In this document: positions 13,169 to 28,412 of the stretch, one piece after another
How positions within the stretch are numbered: position 1 is the stretch's first letter
How the letters are laid out: every line of letters begins with the position of its first letter
Source: Octopus vulgaris
Lineage: Eukaryota
Direction: 5' to 3'
DNA: 64,000 nt
Assembly (NCBI GenBank): GCA_951406725.2
Contig: OX597817.1
Span: 89,218,001-89,282,000 of the forward strand
Translations under genes and position numbers: made by a program
The notes under the pieces: generated by a model
Told to the model about the DNA's origin: nothing
The model's input: only the letters and a program-made list of their open reading frames with translations
Database searches by the model: none

Positions 13169-14579
13169 TTGTTTGTATGTATATATGTGTATATGTATGT
13201 ATACATGTATGTATGCATGTGCAGATTTGTATGTTTTATGAATATTTTCTCATGCATATAGTTACATATGTAGACATGCTCGTATATATTTAAATGATAA
13301 ACCTCTGCAAAGTCGGTATATGACTGAGCGAACAAAAGAATGTGGTGCTCAGCGCATTTCCATCTCATCAAGATATTTAGAGACAGGGTAGATTTGAAAG
13401 AAATTCAAGACAGCTTCTAGGTGTTTAGTCCTCTATTGGTCAGTTCAGGTCACGTGGTATTTCAAAGCGACAACAGTTATTTTCTTTATTCAACGGATGT
13501 TGGAACATTGGCTGTCAGCGACCAAGGCGAGTCGATACATAATTCTGTCACCCTTTTGTGGAGTTTGAACACGTGACATCAAATCTTTATGAAGGATGCA
13601 CGATTAAACATGAGGGGACTGTAGTATATACAGGCTGGAGGAATTAAATAGCCTGTCCTTTTGCGTGGGTCCATTAGCCGTAAGGTGGTATATCAAGGTT
13701 GTAAGCAGTTAAAAGTGTTGGAGTTCATCAAGAGGGCGAAACTCTAGTGGCAACAGTAACGTGGCTCATTCTACTTATTGACTGATACTGCGGGTTGGAC
13801 AATTATGTGTAGCTTCTGAGAGAGACAGTGATGGTAATTGGAAGACCTAAGTGAGAAAGATGGACCCTGTCATGAATATAACCATTTTTTACTTGTGAAT
13901 CCCTTTTACTCCTATTTTACTCGGGTAGACCCTCCTAGCAATTCGATGTTTAAAAATTCATAAAGTTTTAAATTAATTATTGTTAGGAATTGTATAGAAA
14001 ATTGTTAAGATGTTTTGAGAACTGTAGAAGTATGACAAATTTATTGCAGATAAATTTTAACAAGAAAATTTTCAAGAACAGAGAAATTCAAGTCTTTTGT
14101 CACATGTACAAAATATATGTATTATATTTTCTTTTTTTACTTCCTTTGACTGTTCTCCAGTCTCCATATATAATTGATAATGTAAATTTATTTAAAGGAG
14201 TCTCAAATAATTCCATTAAACGCCTTGTTTCAAAAGGAACACATGAAAAATTTGAATGACTCCCGTTGGAAACAGTACACATCGAAAATGGTTACACAAC
14301 AAAGTCGACCTTTCCTTGTCCAACTACATTTCATTGTCAAATAAGTTGCGGTGCGTCATATTCTGAAATACATACTTGCGCGCCATCTACTCACTCATAC
14401 CAGTCCTTGTTCTCATATATTTACTACTCGAGCCACAGAGATAAGTAACTCATTATATTGCATGATAAGGCTTTTAATCATACGAATAAACGTCAATCTA
14501 AGAATTCATTAAACAACTAAATCTCAACGGTTATTGTAATAGTAAATATGTTTAGTCGTTTTATTAACAAAATTTCACC

Positions 14580-14745
<166 letters not shown>

Positions 14746-15261
14746 ACGTTAATTTCTCTGAGTCTCACTTATTTTACTACTTAAAGCATTTTGTCATTTA
14801 TTTCTGAATTTTTTGCTTTCTATTGTTTCGTTAGTAGTTTTTACAATTTTTAAAATACATATTTTGATATTTTCATCGGAAATTTTTCTTTTATTTTTTT
14901 GAATTCTCTCTCTTTTTTCTTTCTTTCTTTTTTTTTTGTTTTTGGCAACGCTATTACAAACCATCGAATGGTAAAAATCATTATTTTAGAAATTGTCATT
15001 ACAAGTCACTGAAGTGGCAGGCACACCTCAATGATTTGTCTGCCACTTCACAGACTGAATTTTTGTTACTTTTGTTTTCCTATTGTATGTAACCCATTAA
15101 GTTTTTCATTTCGATAAAATAAGATGAAATAACTATAAACCAACGGTAAAGTCTCTGCATGGTATGGTATCTTGACCTGCAAAGAATATCAGTTAAATCA
15201 TCCTCAGATCACACACTACCAGCTAAAAAAGAAAAAGCTTTTCTAATATTGGTAAAATGCC

Positions 15262-15420
15262 AGAAATTTTGTTGAAAGGGGCTAGTCGATTCCTCGACCC
15301 CGAAAGGATTGAAAAACAAAGTCGAACTCGACCTCTGCCTCGGCGACATATAAACTCAGAACGTAAAAAGAGAGATTAAAGTATTTTGTCCGGCGTGCTA
15401 ATGATTCTTCCAGCTCACCA
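15262..15420 (-). mobile_element. SINE family B, degenerate
   Basis: TCGACCCCGAAAGGAT..AACTCAGAACGTA..CGGCGTGCTAATGATTCT.CCAGCTCACC. Confidence 0.8.
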
Positions 15421-16012
15421 ACTTCGTATACAGGTAGAATGTGTCATTTTTTTCTCTTGGCTTTTTTGAGAAAATTGTAATTTGTAAGTTTAACGTAGTC
15501 TAATTTTTCGAATTTTAACCAATCGGTGGCCTCTATTGAGCTAAAATCATTTGCTGCGTCTAAAACTGAGACAACATCCTGTCACTAACCCTAACCCCCT
15601 AACCCTAACTCTAACGCTAAATTTTAGCTTTTCGTTTTTTTTTCTTAATTGTTATCCTTAAATTAATTTAACAATTAAGAAAACAAAAACGAAAGGCTAA
15701 AACGAAAGCAAAAACTCAAAACAAAAACAAAACGAATAATTTTAGGCACACGCGTAACAATTAAATTAATTTAACAATTAAGAAAAAAAACGAAAGGGTT
15801 AGGGTTAGGGTTAGTGTTAGGGTTAGGGTTAAGGTTAGTGACAGGATGTTGTCTCAGTTTTAGACGCAGCAAATGATTTTAGCTCAATAGAGGCCATCGA
15901 TTGGTTAAAATTCGAAAAATTAGACTACGTTAAACTTACAAATTACAATTTTCTCAAGAAAGCCAAGAGAAAAAATGTTTTATTTTGACACATTCTACCA
16001 GTATACGAAGTT
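15420..16012. mobile_element. Fold-back/MITE-like element with ~170 bp inverted arms and internal telomere-like repeats
   Basis: The arms AACTTCGTATAC..GACAACATCCTGTCAC and GTGACAGGATGTTGTC..GTATACGAAGTT are nearly perfect complements. (CCCTAA)n lies at 15585-15620 and (TTAGGG)n at 15796-15838. Confidence 0.9.
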
Positions 16013-17224
16013 TAAAAGTATTTAGTTAACTAGAAATTGTGTTGAAAACTATCGTTCAAAAGAAAAAGATCCAAGATCTCTATATATATGCACATTGGTG
16101 TTTCTTCGCAGTCTTTCACTGATACTTCAATAATAATTATAACTACAAAAGAAACATCAACACATGTCCATGAGCGGTGTTCAGTTTGAAAAGTAAACGT
16201 TATAAAAATGGACCCACAACAGAATTCCGCAGCGAATACCAAACTGCAAGAACATATGACATCGAGCTGCCGGGAAAATAGATCAAATTTGAAACCATCA
16301 CAAAGCAGGAATTAAGAATCCGCAAAAACAATGGAATAATGAAAGAAAACTATGCCTTAATGTTAACCATCTCAGGAAACTGAAAGATTTTTCTTGTACG
16401 GAGTATATATATTCAAGAAATAGCTTCCCCCAGATGCACCGCCCTAGCAACATGTGCGTAAAAATGTAAACAATGCAATATTTCTATACGAAAACTGCAA
16501 ACCTGTAAGTAAATTTTTAAATTTTAATTACTTATACATCAATATTTATATAAGACCTCTCTATATATGCACATTGCTGTTTATTCTCGGTCTCTCGCTG
16601 GTACATCAATAACAATTATAACTACGGAAGAAACATCAACACACGTCCATGGACGGTATTCAGTTAAAAAAGTAAACGATGTATAAACGGACCCGGGACC
16701 CATAACAAAACCAACCAAATGAGAAAAGAACGGTGGACAGTTAACCATAAATACTATGAAATAGCTGATTTATGATTTACACACGTTACTATGCAACACT
16801 CCTCCAAAAACATACAGGAATAAACCCATATCCAACAAAATGAACAAAGCCCATACATGTGCCATAGAAGGCCGATACCCGGCAGAAGAACACCACCTGC
16901 GTTGCACAAACAATACAAAAACTAATACAACAGAAGACTCAAACCAAACCCCATAACAAAACATACTGATGAAATACAATATGCCCTCGTCCACAAAAAA
17001 ATGCAGCACACACCATCCTACCAGCACAAAGGGGCAACAAATGATGCAGAAGTTGCTTGAAACTATCAGATATCGAAAAGTAATAATGGTAATAACATTG
17101 GTGACGAACATTACTTTACTTCACTTTATGAGAGACAGGAGTGTCCGAAGAAAAACTCTGGTTGTAACAGCGAAAATGAAGCGAGACCTTTCAGGGAAGG
17201 CCTTTAGACAGAGGAACTAGGAAG

Positions 17225-18320
17225 GAATTCAATATGAATGGGGGATTCCACCCAAGGGCAGGAGTGGCAAGATTATACTTACGTAGAAAGGAAAGCGGAA
17301 GAGGGTCAATATCAGTAGAAGACTGCGTGGAGTTAGCTAGAGAAGATATAGACTCCTATGTAGGGAATAGTGAAGAAAATTTTATTAAAATCTGCTAGAA
17401 ACAGCAAGACACAGGGAAACCAAAAATCCAAATGAAGTTAAAAACCAGAAAAAAGAACAGAAAATATCTGACTGGCAGGGAAAGGCGTTGTATAGCAGAT
17501 TCCAAAAAATCTACCATAGTTGCAGTAAGTAGTAATAGTGAGACATTGTTATGGTTGCAGAAAGGAAAGCTGAAAAGGAAGACAGATAGTCTGTTAGTTG
17601 CAGCTCAAGATCAAGCATTAAGGCCTAACTGGATAAATGCCAAGATAGACAAAAACTAAGTAAATTCCCAATGTAGGTTATGCAAATCGAAAGAGGAAAT
17701 CGTTACTCATATAGTAAGTGAATGTAACATGTTGGCCACAGAAAGAATACAAGAACAGACATGACAACCTTGGGAGAGTAATCCACTGGGAGTTATGTAG
17801 AAAACTAGGATTTCAACATACTGATAAATGATATGAATATGAACCTAGTAAAGTACTAGAAAGTAAGAAATACAAGATGTGGGACTTTAACATTCAGACT
17901 GACAGAGTAATAGAAGCTAGAAGGCCTGATTTAGTAGTAGTATTAGTAGATAAAGAGACTAGAAAATTCCAGATGATTGACTTTACAGTCCCAAATGAAA
18001 AAGTCAATATGAAAGGTATAGAAAAAATAGCAAAGGACCAGGACCTAGCCATTGAATTACAGAGACTATGGAAAGTGCGGGTAAAATGTATCCCAGTAAT
18101 AGGTGCATTGGGAACTATCCCTAAATATTTGAACAGATGGATAGAGGAAATAGGCATAAACCCATTTTTATGCCTATTTAGTACACCTCCAGAAACCAGT
18201 TTTATTAGGGACAACTAGGATACTTAGGAGGGTTCTTGGCATCTAAGGTTATTTGTTGTAGCCCAATGTTAGGAGTTTTTCTTTTCCAACAGTCTAATCT
18301 GTTGTGTGTATATGAAAATA
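17225..18320 (+). mobile_element. R4/Dong-like REL LINE 3' fragment 1 (pseudogenised)
   Basis: FHPRAGVARLYLRRKESGRG, LLVAAQDQAL, CRLC..HIVSEC, RHD..IHWELC, WDFNIQTDRVIEARRPDLVV and PVIGALGTIP. Confidence 0.9.
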
Positions 18321-18379
18321 ATGATAACAACAACAACAACAACAACAACAATAAGAATAATAATGCCCCGAAGGTAACA

Positions 18380-19139
18380 AGCTGATGTAGACCAGAATCA
18401 CAACCATCAGTGGTTACGGAGCTCAGGGCTAAAGACAGAGAGGGAAGACTTCATCTTAGCTGCTCAAGATCAAAGTTTATTGACCTGGAACTACCTAGCC
18501 AATGTGATAATAAATGGAGTCAATCCAAAATACCGATTTTGTAAAGATGTGATTGAAACGGTGGACCACCTAATCTCTGGATGTAAAGTTTTAGCACCAG
18601 TGGAGTATAAATTACGACATGAAAGAGTTGGCCAATATCTACACTGGTTAATATGTCGGCATTATAAAATCAAAACTGCCGACAAATTTGTATAATCAGC
18701 ATCCTGAGGCTGTAACTGAAGGAGAAAATGTAACGGTTCTTCGGGATTTTCCAGTACATACAGTCAGAACCATCAAAGCTAATAAATCGGATACTGCTAT
18801 GAAAGACGAAAAGAATAAAGTTTGCTTATTGATCTACATGAATATTCTTTGTGATTATAATATCTCGGCAAAAGAATTTGGCAAGTTCGGAAAATATGAA
18901 GATTTGTTCATTCAAATTGAAAAAATATGCCATCTCAAGGCAGTTACAATTCTTGTGATTATAAGAACATTAAGAATGATCAAAAAAGGAACAGAAAATT
19001 ATGTGAGACTGATCCCTGATTTACCATCCCTGCATGTAGTGCAAAAGATTGTTTTAATTTGTACATCATACATATTAAGAAGAGCATTGTCACTGTAAGA
19101 ACGATCACCACCCATGTATTTTTCTTTTTCAGTCTTTCA

Positions 19140-19140
<1 letters not shown>
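18380..19140 (+). mobile_element. R4/Dong-like REL LINE 3' fragment 2
   Basis: WLRSSGLKTE..ILAAQDQSL, RFC..ETVDHLISGC, RHERVGQYLHWLIC, DFPVHT.RTIKANKSD and YILRRAL*. Confidence 0.9.
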
Positions 19141-20196
<1,056 letters not shown>

Positions 20197-20197
20197 C

Positions 20198-20254
<57 letters not shown>

Positions 20255-20255
<1 letters not shown>

Positions 20256-20550
20256 GGTTTGAATAGTTCACCTCTGGAAACATGGGTGGTTCTTTCAACA
20301 TCCTTAAACAACCCTTATTCAGGGACCGTTTGAGCGGGATGGGCTACTCAACCTGAAGAGAATTCTAACTGGGCCCCACCTGCAAGGTCATGTGCTGTTT
20401 ATCTTGATATGAGATCACCATGTCGCGCACATATGGTTGTGATGCATGTGCCTGGTGTACCTTTATCAGACGGGTAGTCATGATGGGTATATTGGGCTTC
20501 GTATATTTTACCCCAGTGTCACTTTGATGGCATGCACTGCTCTCTCACTC
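20255..20550 (+). mobile_element. (AAT)n-tailed element, 5'-truncated copy E
   Basis: Matches the 3' ~300 bp of copy D, with (AAT)n on both sides. Confidence 0.92.
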
Positions 20551-20624
<74 letters not shown>

Positions 20625-20689
20625 GAAAAGAAGAAGAAGAAGAAGAAGAAGAAGAAGAAGAAGAAGAAGAAGAAGAAGAAGAAGCAGAA

Positions 20690-21059
20690 GAAGAGCACTC
20701 AGAGACCGCAAACCTCCGCCAAGGCAACTCCAACGTCCTCTCAACGATTAGCCAGAGATAATTTTAAAAATGAGAATAAATGAAATAGACTCAACTGCTT
20801 TCTCAAACGAGAATACTAAAGATTAATCTGACCACTCTCAAAAATTAATTAATAAAACAGGAAAGATAATCCAGTATCCTTGTCCGGTACCGGATCGATC
20901 CCCAAATCTAATCAGTTTGTGCCACTCACGAGGCCAAACATCCCTGAACGTTTCTTCCTAATCCATCCAGCGGTTGTTCAGATATCTTGTCCACAAACAA
21001 ACAAACAAACAAACGCAACTGAAAACAATACCCCCGCCTTCGCTAAGGCAGAAGTAATA
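20690..21059 (+). mobile_element. Helentron-associated non-autonomous element (HINE/pearl-like)
   Basis: ACCTCCGCCAAGG motif near the left end, an internal (ACAA)n microsatellite and a terminal imperfect palindrome (CCGCCTTCGCTAAGGCAG). This layout resembles molluscan pearl/DINE-type elements. Confidence 0.6.
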
Positions 21060-21676
21060 ATAATAACTGCAGGACATACCTAAAGTGCTGGGTATAATGT
21101 GCCTGGAAAACAAACCAGTTAGTCAACATAGAGTCAGCTGGATCAGGGTTGACCTAGGGTTAAACATCAACAACAAATAACCTATACAGCAAAAATATCG
21201 ATTCGGTTCTTTAACATTACCATACATTAGTCTTAAGTGTATTTCCGTCCACCTCACTTCAGCTTGGGAGAAAGATCTTTTCCATGCACTCGTATGTCAC
21301 TTTTATTTTTGTTGTTGTTGACTAGGAAGATGATGATGATGACGATGATGATGACAATGATGATGATGACGACGACGATAATGATGATAATGATGATGAT
21401 GATGGTGATATTGATGATCGCCATGATGCTGTTGCTGCTGTTATAATTCCGACATCAGATGCCATTATTCGTCATTTCTGAACTGTTGTTGTTTTTGTTA
21501 CTGTTGCTGTTGCTTTCATTTTAATATTTTTGTTTTGTTATTTCGATGTTTTGAACATTTGTTATTGCTGTTGTTGTTGTATCCTTGGTGTTGTTGTTAT
21601 TGGTACCACTGTTGCTACTGCTACTGGCGTCGTCATTGTTTTCGTTGCTGCTGCTGTTGTTGAAGTTGTTGTTGTT

Positions 21677-21707
<31 letters not shown>

Positions 21708-21998
21708 CTGCCCTTTTCTATATGTTCCATCACATCTGACAACAATGTCATTCCATGCCTTACTACCTACCATAGCAGACATGTTTCTTCATCCGTTTGT
21801 TTGGCAAGTTCCGCAGGCTTTTTACGGAGTTATCGACATTAAAGTGACCGTTACTAAATTGCTCCAACCTTGACATTCGATAATGTAAAGAAAATGTGAA
21901 AGTGTATTTATCAAAGGAAAGATTTGTGACAATGTCTTACTTTTTTTTCATTTCCCTGCGTGCAACAAATAATAACGAATTTATCATTATTATTATTA

Positions 21999-22038
<40 letters not shown>

Positions 22039-22219
22039 GATTGCCTATGTACACCTTCTAACTCTGGAGATGTACTACGGTGTCAGCTATTCACTACCAT
22101 TGAACTAAGGTAACACCTCTTATTTCTCGAGCATCTTCCGGAGTATTCGGGCGCTTCCAAGCAATGCTGTTTTCTGCAAGTGCTCCACCCTTATTGCAGA
22201 CCCTACTTGTTCCATGTCC

Positions 22220-23090
<871 letters not shown>

Positions 23091-23390
23091 CGGCGTGGCC
23101 TTGTAGTTAGGTTGCTGCCCTCATGATCGCGAGAACATGGTCTGAATTCCTAAACCGTGTGGTGCGCTGTGTTCTTGAACAAATCATTTCATCTCACGTT
23201 GTTCTACGATCACAATGACAACTAACACGTGGTACACCGTGCACCTATTGAGGCAACGTCGATTTGATAGAGAGAGTGAGCTAATGTGCGGCACGAACAT
23301 TTGATTTCTATAAACAATCATTTGTGCAGATCGTTCGGCAAAAAGCTTAACACTCATCTGGTCTTCGACGGAAGAGTCCGTCTTCGTCGC
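23091..23390 (+). mobile_element. Degenerate tRNA-derived SINE (family D)
   Basis: Head GGCGTGGCCTTGTAGTTAGG..GAATTCC followed by a CORE-like GCGCTGTGTTCTTGAACAA; ends in (CAT)n. Confidence 0.55.
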
Positions 23391-23535
23391 CATCATCATC
23401 ATCATCATCAGGTCATCTTTGCCTTTCATCCTTTTGGTGATGATAAAATAAGTACCAGTTGAGTACTGGGGGGGGGGATCGATGCAAAATTTCAGAACTT
23501 ATGCCTATAGAAAAAAGGATTATCATTGTTGCTAT

Positions 23536-23733
23536 CTTCTTCTTCTTCTTCTTCTTCTTCTTCTTCTTCTTCTTCTTTTTCTTCTTCTTCTTCTTCTTCT
23601 TCTTCTTCTTCTTCTTCTTCTTCTTCTTCTTCTTCTTCTTCTTCTTCTTCTTCTTCTTCTTCTTCTTCTTCTTCTTCTTCTTCTTCTTCTTCTTCTTCTT
23701 CTTCTTCTTCTTCTTCTTCTTTTTCTTCTTCTT
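23536..23733. repeat. (CTT)n microsatellite, about 200 bp
   Basis: Directly visible. Confidence 0.97.
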
Positions 23734-23959
23734 CCAGTCAGCACTCACGCCACTAGCCACAAAGAATGATCTACTCTAAGCTACTAAGAATCCGTGTGGC
23801 AATTTGAAAATCCACCCACCACACGCGATAGACTGACGGTTGCACGGGCGCAAAATCTACGTTGTTATCTTCATTCTGTAAACGGTGGCTTTTAACGGGT
23901 GGAGAGCTGAACCATCCTGGGGTACAGAGGATTCGCAATCTAGACTGGGGTCTGAAAGT

Positions 23960-24198
23960 TTACCACACCATAGTGGGTTACACCATGGTTCCTCTGCTTT
24001 GTGGCAGAAGTATGAAGAAAGAGTGAGAGAAAGTCGTGGTGAAAGAGTACAGCGGGGTTCACCACCCCTCCCAGCCGGAGCCTCGTGGAGCTTAGGTGTT
24101 TTAGCTCAATAAACACTCAATGCCCGGTCTGGGAATCGAAACCACGTTCTTACGTCCGCGAGTCCACTGCCATAACCACTGGGCTATTACGTCTCCAC
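23960..24198 (-). mobile_element. tRNA-derived SINE family C relative
   Basis: Head and body are homologous to 25050-25230 (AAACACCTAAGC.CCACG.GGCTCCGGC; ACTTTCTCTCACTCTTTC). Confidence 0.85.
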
Positions 24199-24959
24199 TG
24201 TTGCTGTTGTTGTTGCTAATTGCTGTACAAGTAACTCGTATTCGAATTTTCTCCGCAAATTTTGTTTTATTAGTATAAGTAGACACATTTCCATTGTTAA
24301 TATGTTATATATCAGGAGGTGCTATTAAGTTAAACATAGCCTGACTCTACTTTTATTTAAGCTTATACCTATTGTTCAGCTAAACAAGATGCCAGCGGGC
24401 TAACTAGCTCTTTTGTTTCTTGGATCTTTGAGGCAAAGGATTTCGACGAGTTCAAAATCATAACTGTAAAAGATGGTCTTAAACAACCAGCCAACAGAAG
24501 GGAGAAATGGCAGACTTGAAAGCAAGGTGAACAAATATTTTCCCTTCCTTTCAAGTACAAAGTTTAAAAACTACACGAACGGGAACAGCAATAATAATAG
24601 TAGCAATAACAACAACGGTTCAGACAAAGATAGCAATAACAACCTGTTATGCCCCACCAACACCACTGCCGCTCCCAAGATGCAGTTTTGCAACAACAAC
24701 AGTAATAACACAACACACAAAGTAGCGTATCACGACAATGAAAGTACCCCACCACCACCATTGCTGCGACAGTTAGAGGTGACAGCAAGTATATAATAGC
24801 AACAGCAGAAAAATATAACGAAAGCAAAGTGGTGTGTGACAACAAAGAAAGCACCCGCCACCTCACCCAAACCATCAATACTTCTGTCGTTAAGACTGCA
24901 CAAAAGTAACACCACAAAAGCGTGCACCTTCACAAAAAACGGCTACAAGTATCATATAT

Positions 24960-26590
24960 ATTTTTATGGTGGACAAACAAAACCAATTTATAAAATACGG
25001 AGCATCTTGTAAAATTTTGCAATAAAGAGCTACCAATACAGTTACTAGAGTGGAGGCACATGGCCTAATGGTTAGAGCAGCGGACTCGCGGTCGAGGGAT
25101 TGCAGGTTCGAATCTCAGACCGGGCGAAGTGTGTGTTTATGAGCGAAACACCTAAGCACCACGCGGCTCCGGCAGAAGGTAATGGCGAACTTCTGCTGAC
25201 TCTTTCGCCACAACTTTCTCTCACTCTTTCCTCCTGCATCTTGCAGCTCACCTGCGACGGACCGGTGTCCCGTCCAGGCGGGGAACCTATACGCCAAGGA
25301 AACTGGGAAACCGGCCCTAATGAGCCAGGCGTGGCTCGAGAAGGAACAAACAAACAGTTACTAGAAAAGACTCTACAAATGTGTTTCGCTGAAAAATTGT
25401 CGCGCGATAATGGTCAGACACACCCAAATGGAAAGGTGCTTGCATGAAATATGAGCGAATATAAATTCCATCACTTAGGGTCCAATAATTCGATGGCTTC
25501 AAAGTGTAATTCCCCTGCAAAGCCCTCGAACGAAAGCATTCCGTTGTCCTCTGTAGAAGTGAGGAATTTGTTTTCATCCTACTTTCCTGGAAAGGCGGAT
25601 AGTGAGAGGGAAATTGCCCTTATTACCACCAGAGCTGGACAACTGGTGGGTTACAATATGTGTTGTTTTTGAGGAGAGTGGCATACGCCTAGACGTAAAT
25701 CAATATATAGACAGGAGAATTGGTCTTAAATAGGGTTAGTTTGTCCTATTACAAGTGGAACCAGAAGACCTGGAAAAGAGTCAGATCTGATTCAAATACA
25801 GAATGAAGAGGGATTCTCGTCACAGTGGAAAACAGAAGGGTCAGGCGTTACATATGTGGGAATGCCAATCACTTTTATCCACAACAGAAAGTAAAAGCAT
25901 CGAAACGCTGCTGCTTTTGACACAACAAATAATAGAGCAGTAAAATCAACAATAGATACAAAAATCAAAACCATTAGTAGTGACACCAGAAGCAAAAACA
26001 CTACGAAAAAGAAACAGAATCATCATGACAACAACAACAAAAAGGAAAGCAACATCGCTAATATCAGCAATAGTACCTCTCCCGCTTCAAATCATTCAAA
26101 AATGTCCTGTAGTAAAGGCATCAGGAGAAATGGAAAACTGTAAAAAAAGCAGAGGAAAAGTTTAAAAAATCAAAATACAAAACAAATTTGCTCTCATTGA
26201 GAGCTGGGAGATTTGAAGAGAGAAAATTTGAGAACAACACCAACACCAGCTGCACTAACAGTGGCAAAAATGGTTCGGATGTATGAAACTACTCAAAGCG
26301 TGCACATGTAAATAGGAGAACAGCCGTTGAGCGAGGGTGCGTGCCCTTGGTGGCGAGGGTGCTCCTGAATCTGTGGGGCTCTTTGATTAGCCCGTGTTGG
26401 ACTTCTCTTGTATCAGGAGAACTACTTCATACATGTTTTCACATATTTTGTACACTATGTATATTTTTGATTTCATTTTCCCCACCCCACCACTTCTCGT
26501 CTTTTATCAAAATCACTACACGAATTGTAAACTGTCCTTGCAAAATCCTTCTCATTTGATGCCCCTGTGGCAAATAAAAGAAATCATCTT
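24960..26590 (+). mobile_element. Degenerate L1/Tx1-like element (ORF1-like remnant joined to a 3' UTR)
   Basis: ILVTVENRRVRRYICGNANH resembles a decayed ORF1 zinc knuckle. The 3' end CCCCTGTGGCAAATAAAAGAAATCATC resembles the end of the LINE at 1-1160. No ORF2 is visible. Confidence 0.45.
25050..25353 (+). mobile_element. tRNA-derived SINE family C with a V-domain-like core and 12-bp TSD
   Basis: A box TGGCCTAATGG, B box GGTTCGAATC, core CCTGCGACGGACCGGTGTCCCGTCCAGG and an (AAAC)n tail. The TSD ACAGTTACTAGA is at 25038-25049 and 25354-25365. Confidence 0.92.
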
Positions 26591-26606
26591 CATTATCATT
26601 ATTGAA

Positions 26607-26808
26607 GGCAACGAGCAGACAGAATCGTTAGCACGTCAGGCGAAATGCTTAGCAGCATTTCGTCCGTCTTTACGTTCAGAGTTCAAGTTCCATTGGCTAT
26701 CATTTTTTCTGGGTCGATAAAATAAATACCAGCTGAACGCTGGAATCGATCTAATTAACTTAGCCTCTTCCTCGGAAGTGCAGGTTTTGTGGCAAAATTT
26801 GAAACCAT
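26607..26808 (+). mobile_element. SINE family B, degenerate
   Basis: CAGAATCGTTAGCACGTCAGGCGAAATGCTTAGC..GGGTCGATAAAATAAATACCAG. Confidence 0.8.
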
Positions 26809-26863
26809 TGTTACTATCATCAGCATCATTATAATTATTTTTCTTCTTTCAATTTTATTTCAG

Positions 26864-26925
26864 ATTTTCAACTTTGTTGAGGGTCTTCCCGGCACATAGA
26901 GCAAAGAAACCGACAGTATACGTTG
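26864..26925 (+). other. Candidate 62-bp internal exon of an unidentified host transcript
   Basis: Polypyrimidine tract plus TTTCAG acceptor and G|GTAAGT donor; one open frame (FSTLLRVFPAHRAKKPTVYV). No recognised homology. Confidence 0.3.
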
Positions 26926-27159
26926 GTAAGTAATTAAACTAAACACGCAGAACGACTTCAGCGGAATTTGAACTCATAACGTAAAGACGGACGAAATACC
27001 GTAAAGTATTTTGATCAGCGTGCTGACGATTCTGCCAGCTCACCGCGTTAGTTTTAACCAAATATTAAATGGCATCCAACTCACTGGTCTTGGACAGTCT
27101 AAAGAAATCGAAACCTTCACATTCAACAAGTTAAAAATAAAGCATTATAAACGTCTCAA

Positions 27160-27800
27160 CTACCACTTCCACCACCAATACAGCCACGCCGCATTCAACA
27201 CCACAACAACAACATAACTACAACCTCCTCCGCCACCACAATCATCACTACACTACCTTCACACCACCTTACAGCACAACCACTATCACCACCACCACTA
27301 CCACCGCATTACACAACACTCCCAACATAAACACCATCATCACAACCGTCACCACTACCACCACCACAAACATCCACTATCACCACTACCACCACCACCA
27401 CCAACACCACTTCCACCCCTACAACTGCTATCGTCACCACAACCACCACTACAATCACCACCATCACCGCCACCACCACCACCACTACACCACCACAACT
27501 ACCACCAACACCATCAACCCCGCCACCACCACCACCACCACCACCACCACCACCACCACCACCACCACCACCTCCGCTGCCATCACCACCACCACCACCA
27601 CCACCACCACCACCACCACCACCACCACCACCACCACCACCGTACCATCATCCCTACCATCACCTTCAACACCACCACCATCACTACCATCATCATCATC
27701 ACTACCATCATCATCAGTACCAACACCATCGTCACAGCTGCAGCAATAACAATAACAATACCACTACCGATACTATTGTGGTGCTACCACAACTACTAAT
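27160..27800. repeat. Degenerate (ACC)n/(ATC)n triplet tract
   Basis: Directly visible. Confidence 0.9.
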
Positions 27801-28412
27801 GCTTCTACAACAACTGAAGATAGGTTATAAACAACAAGAGCAACGTCCGAGACGCGTTATGATTGTATAGAGGTGGGTATGCACGAGATGTGTGATTGTG
27901 TGTGATCGCGGGCGCATGCGCGTGCATGTGTGTGTGTGTGTGTGTTGATGTGATCCCCAGGATGTTGGAGCATGAAGATGAGAAAGGAGAGATTGAGAGA
28001 AGGGTAATGAGAAATGGAATCAAGATATGTGTTTGCATACACACACACACACACGCACGCACGCACACACACGGACACACGCACGTACAGAACACACACA
28101 TACACATACATACATATCTATCTATCTATCTATCTATTTCTTTTATCTTTGATCTTTTACTTCTTCCAGCCATTAGTCTGCGGCCGTACTAGGGCTTCGC
28201 TTTGAAGAACTTTTGACTGGATAAATCTACCCCAGTACTGAGTTCTTGGTACTTAGGTTATTGGCCTCTTTGCCGAACCGCTAAGTTACGGGAACGTAAG
28301 CACACCGACACCGGTCGTCAAGCGCTGATGGTGCACTAGCACAGACACAAAGAAATACATGTGTGTGTGCGTGGATCGGTATGAACTAGTGTATGAAAAG
28401 GCGGTATGAAAA

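Noticed and set aside
15585-15838. True telomere or telomere-fusion site
   Set aside because: The tracts are short, the order CCCTAA..TTAGGG is opposite to an end-to-end fusion, and they lie within inverted arms.
25050-25125. tRNA gene
   Set aside because: It is the tRNA-like head of a SINE with body, tail and TSD; no complete cloverleaf was seen.
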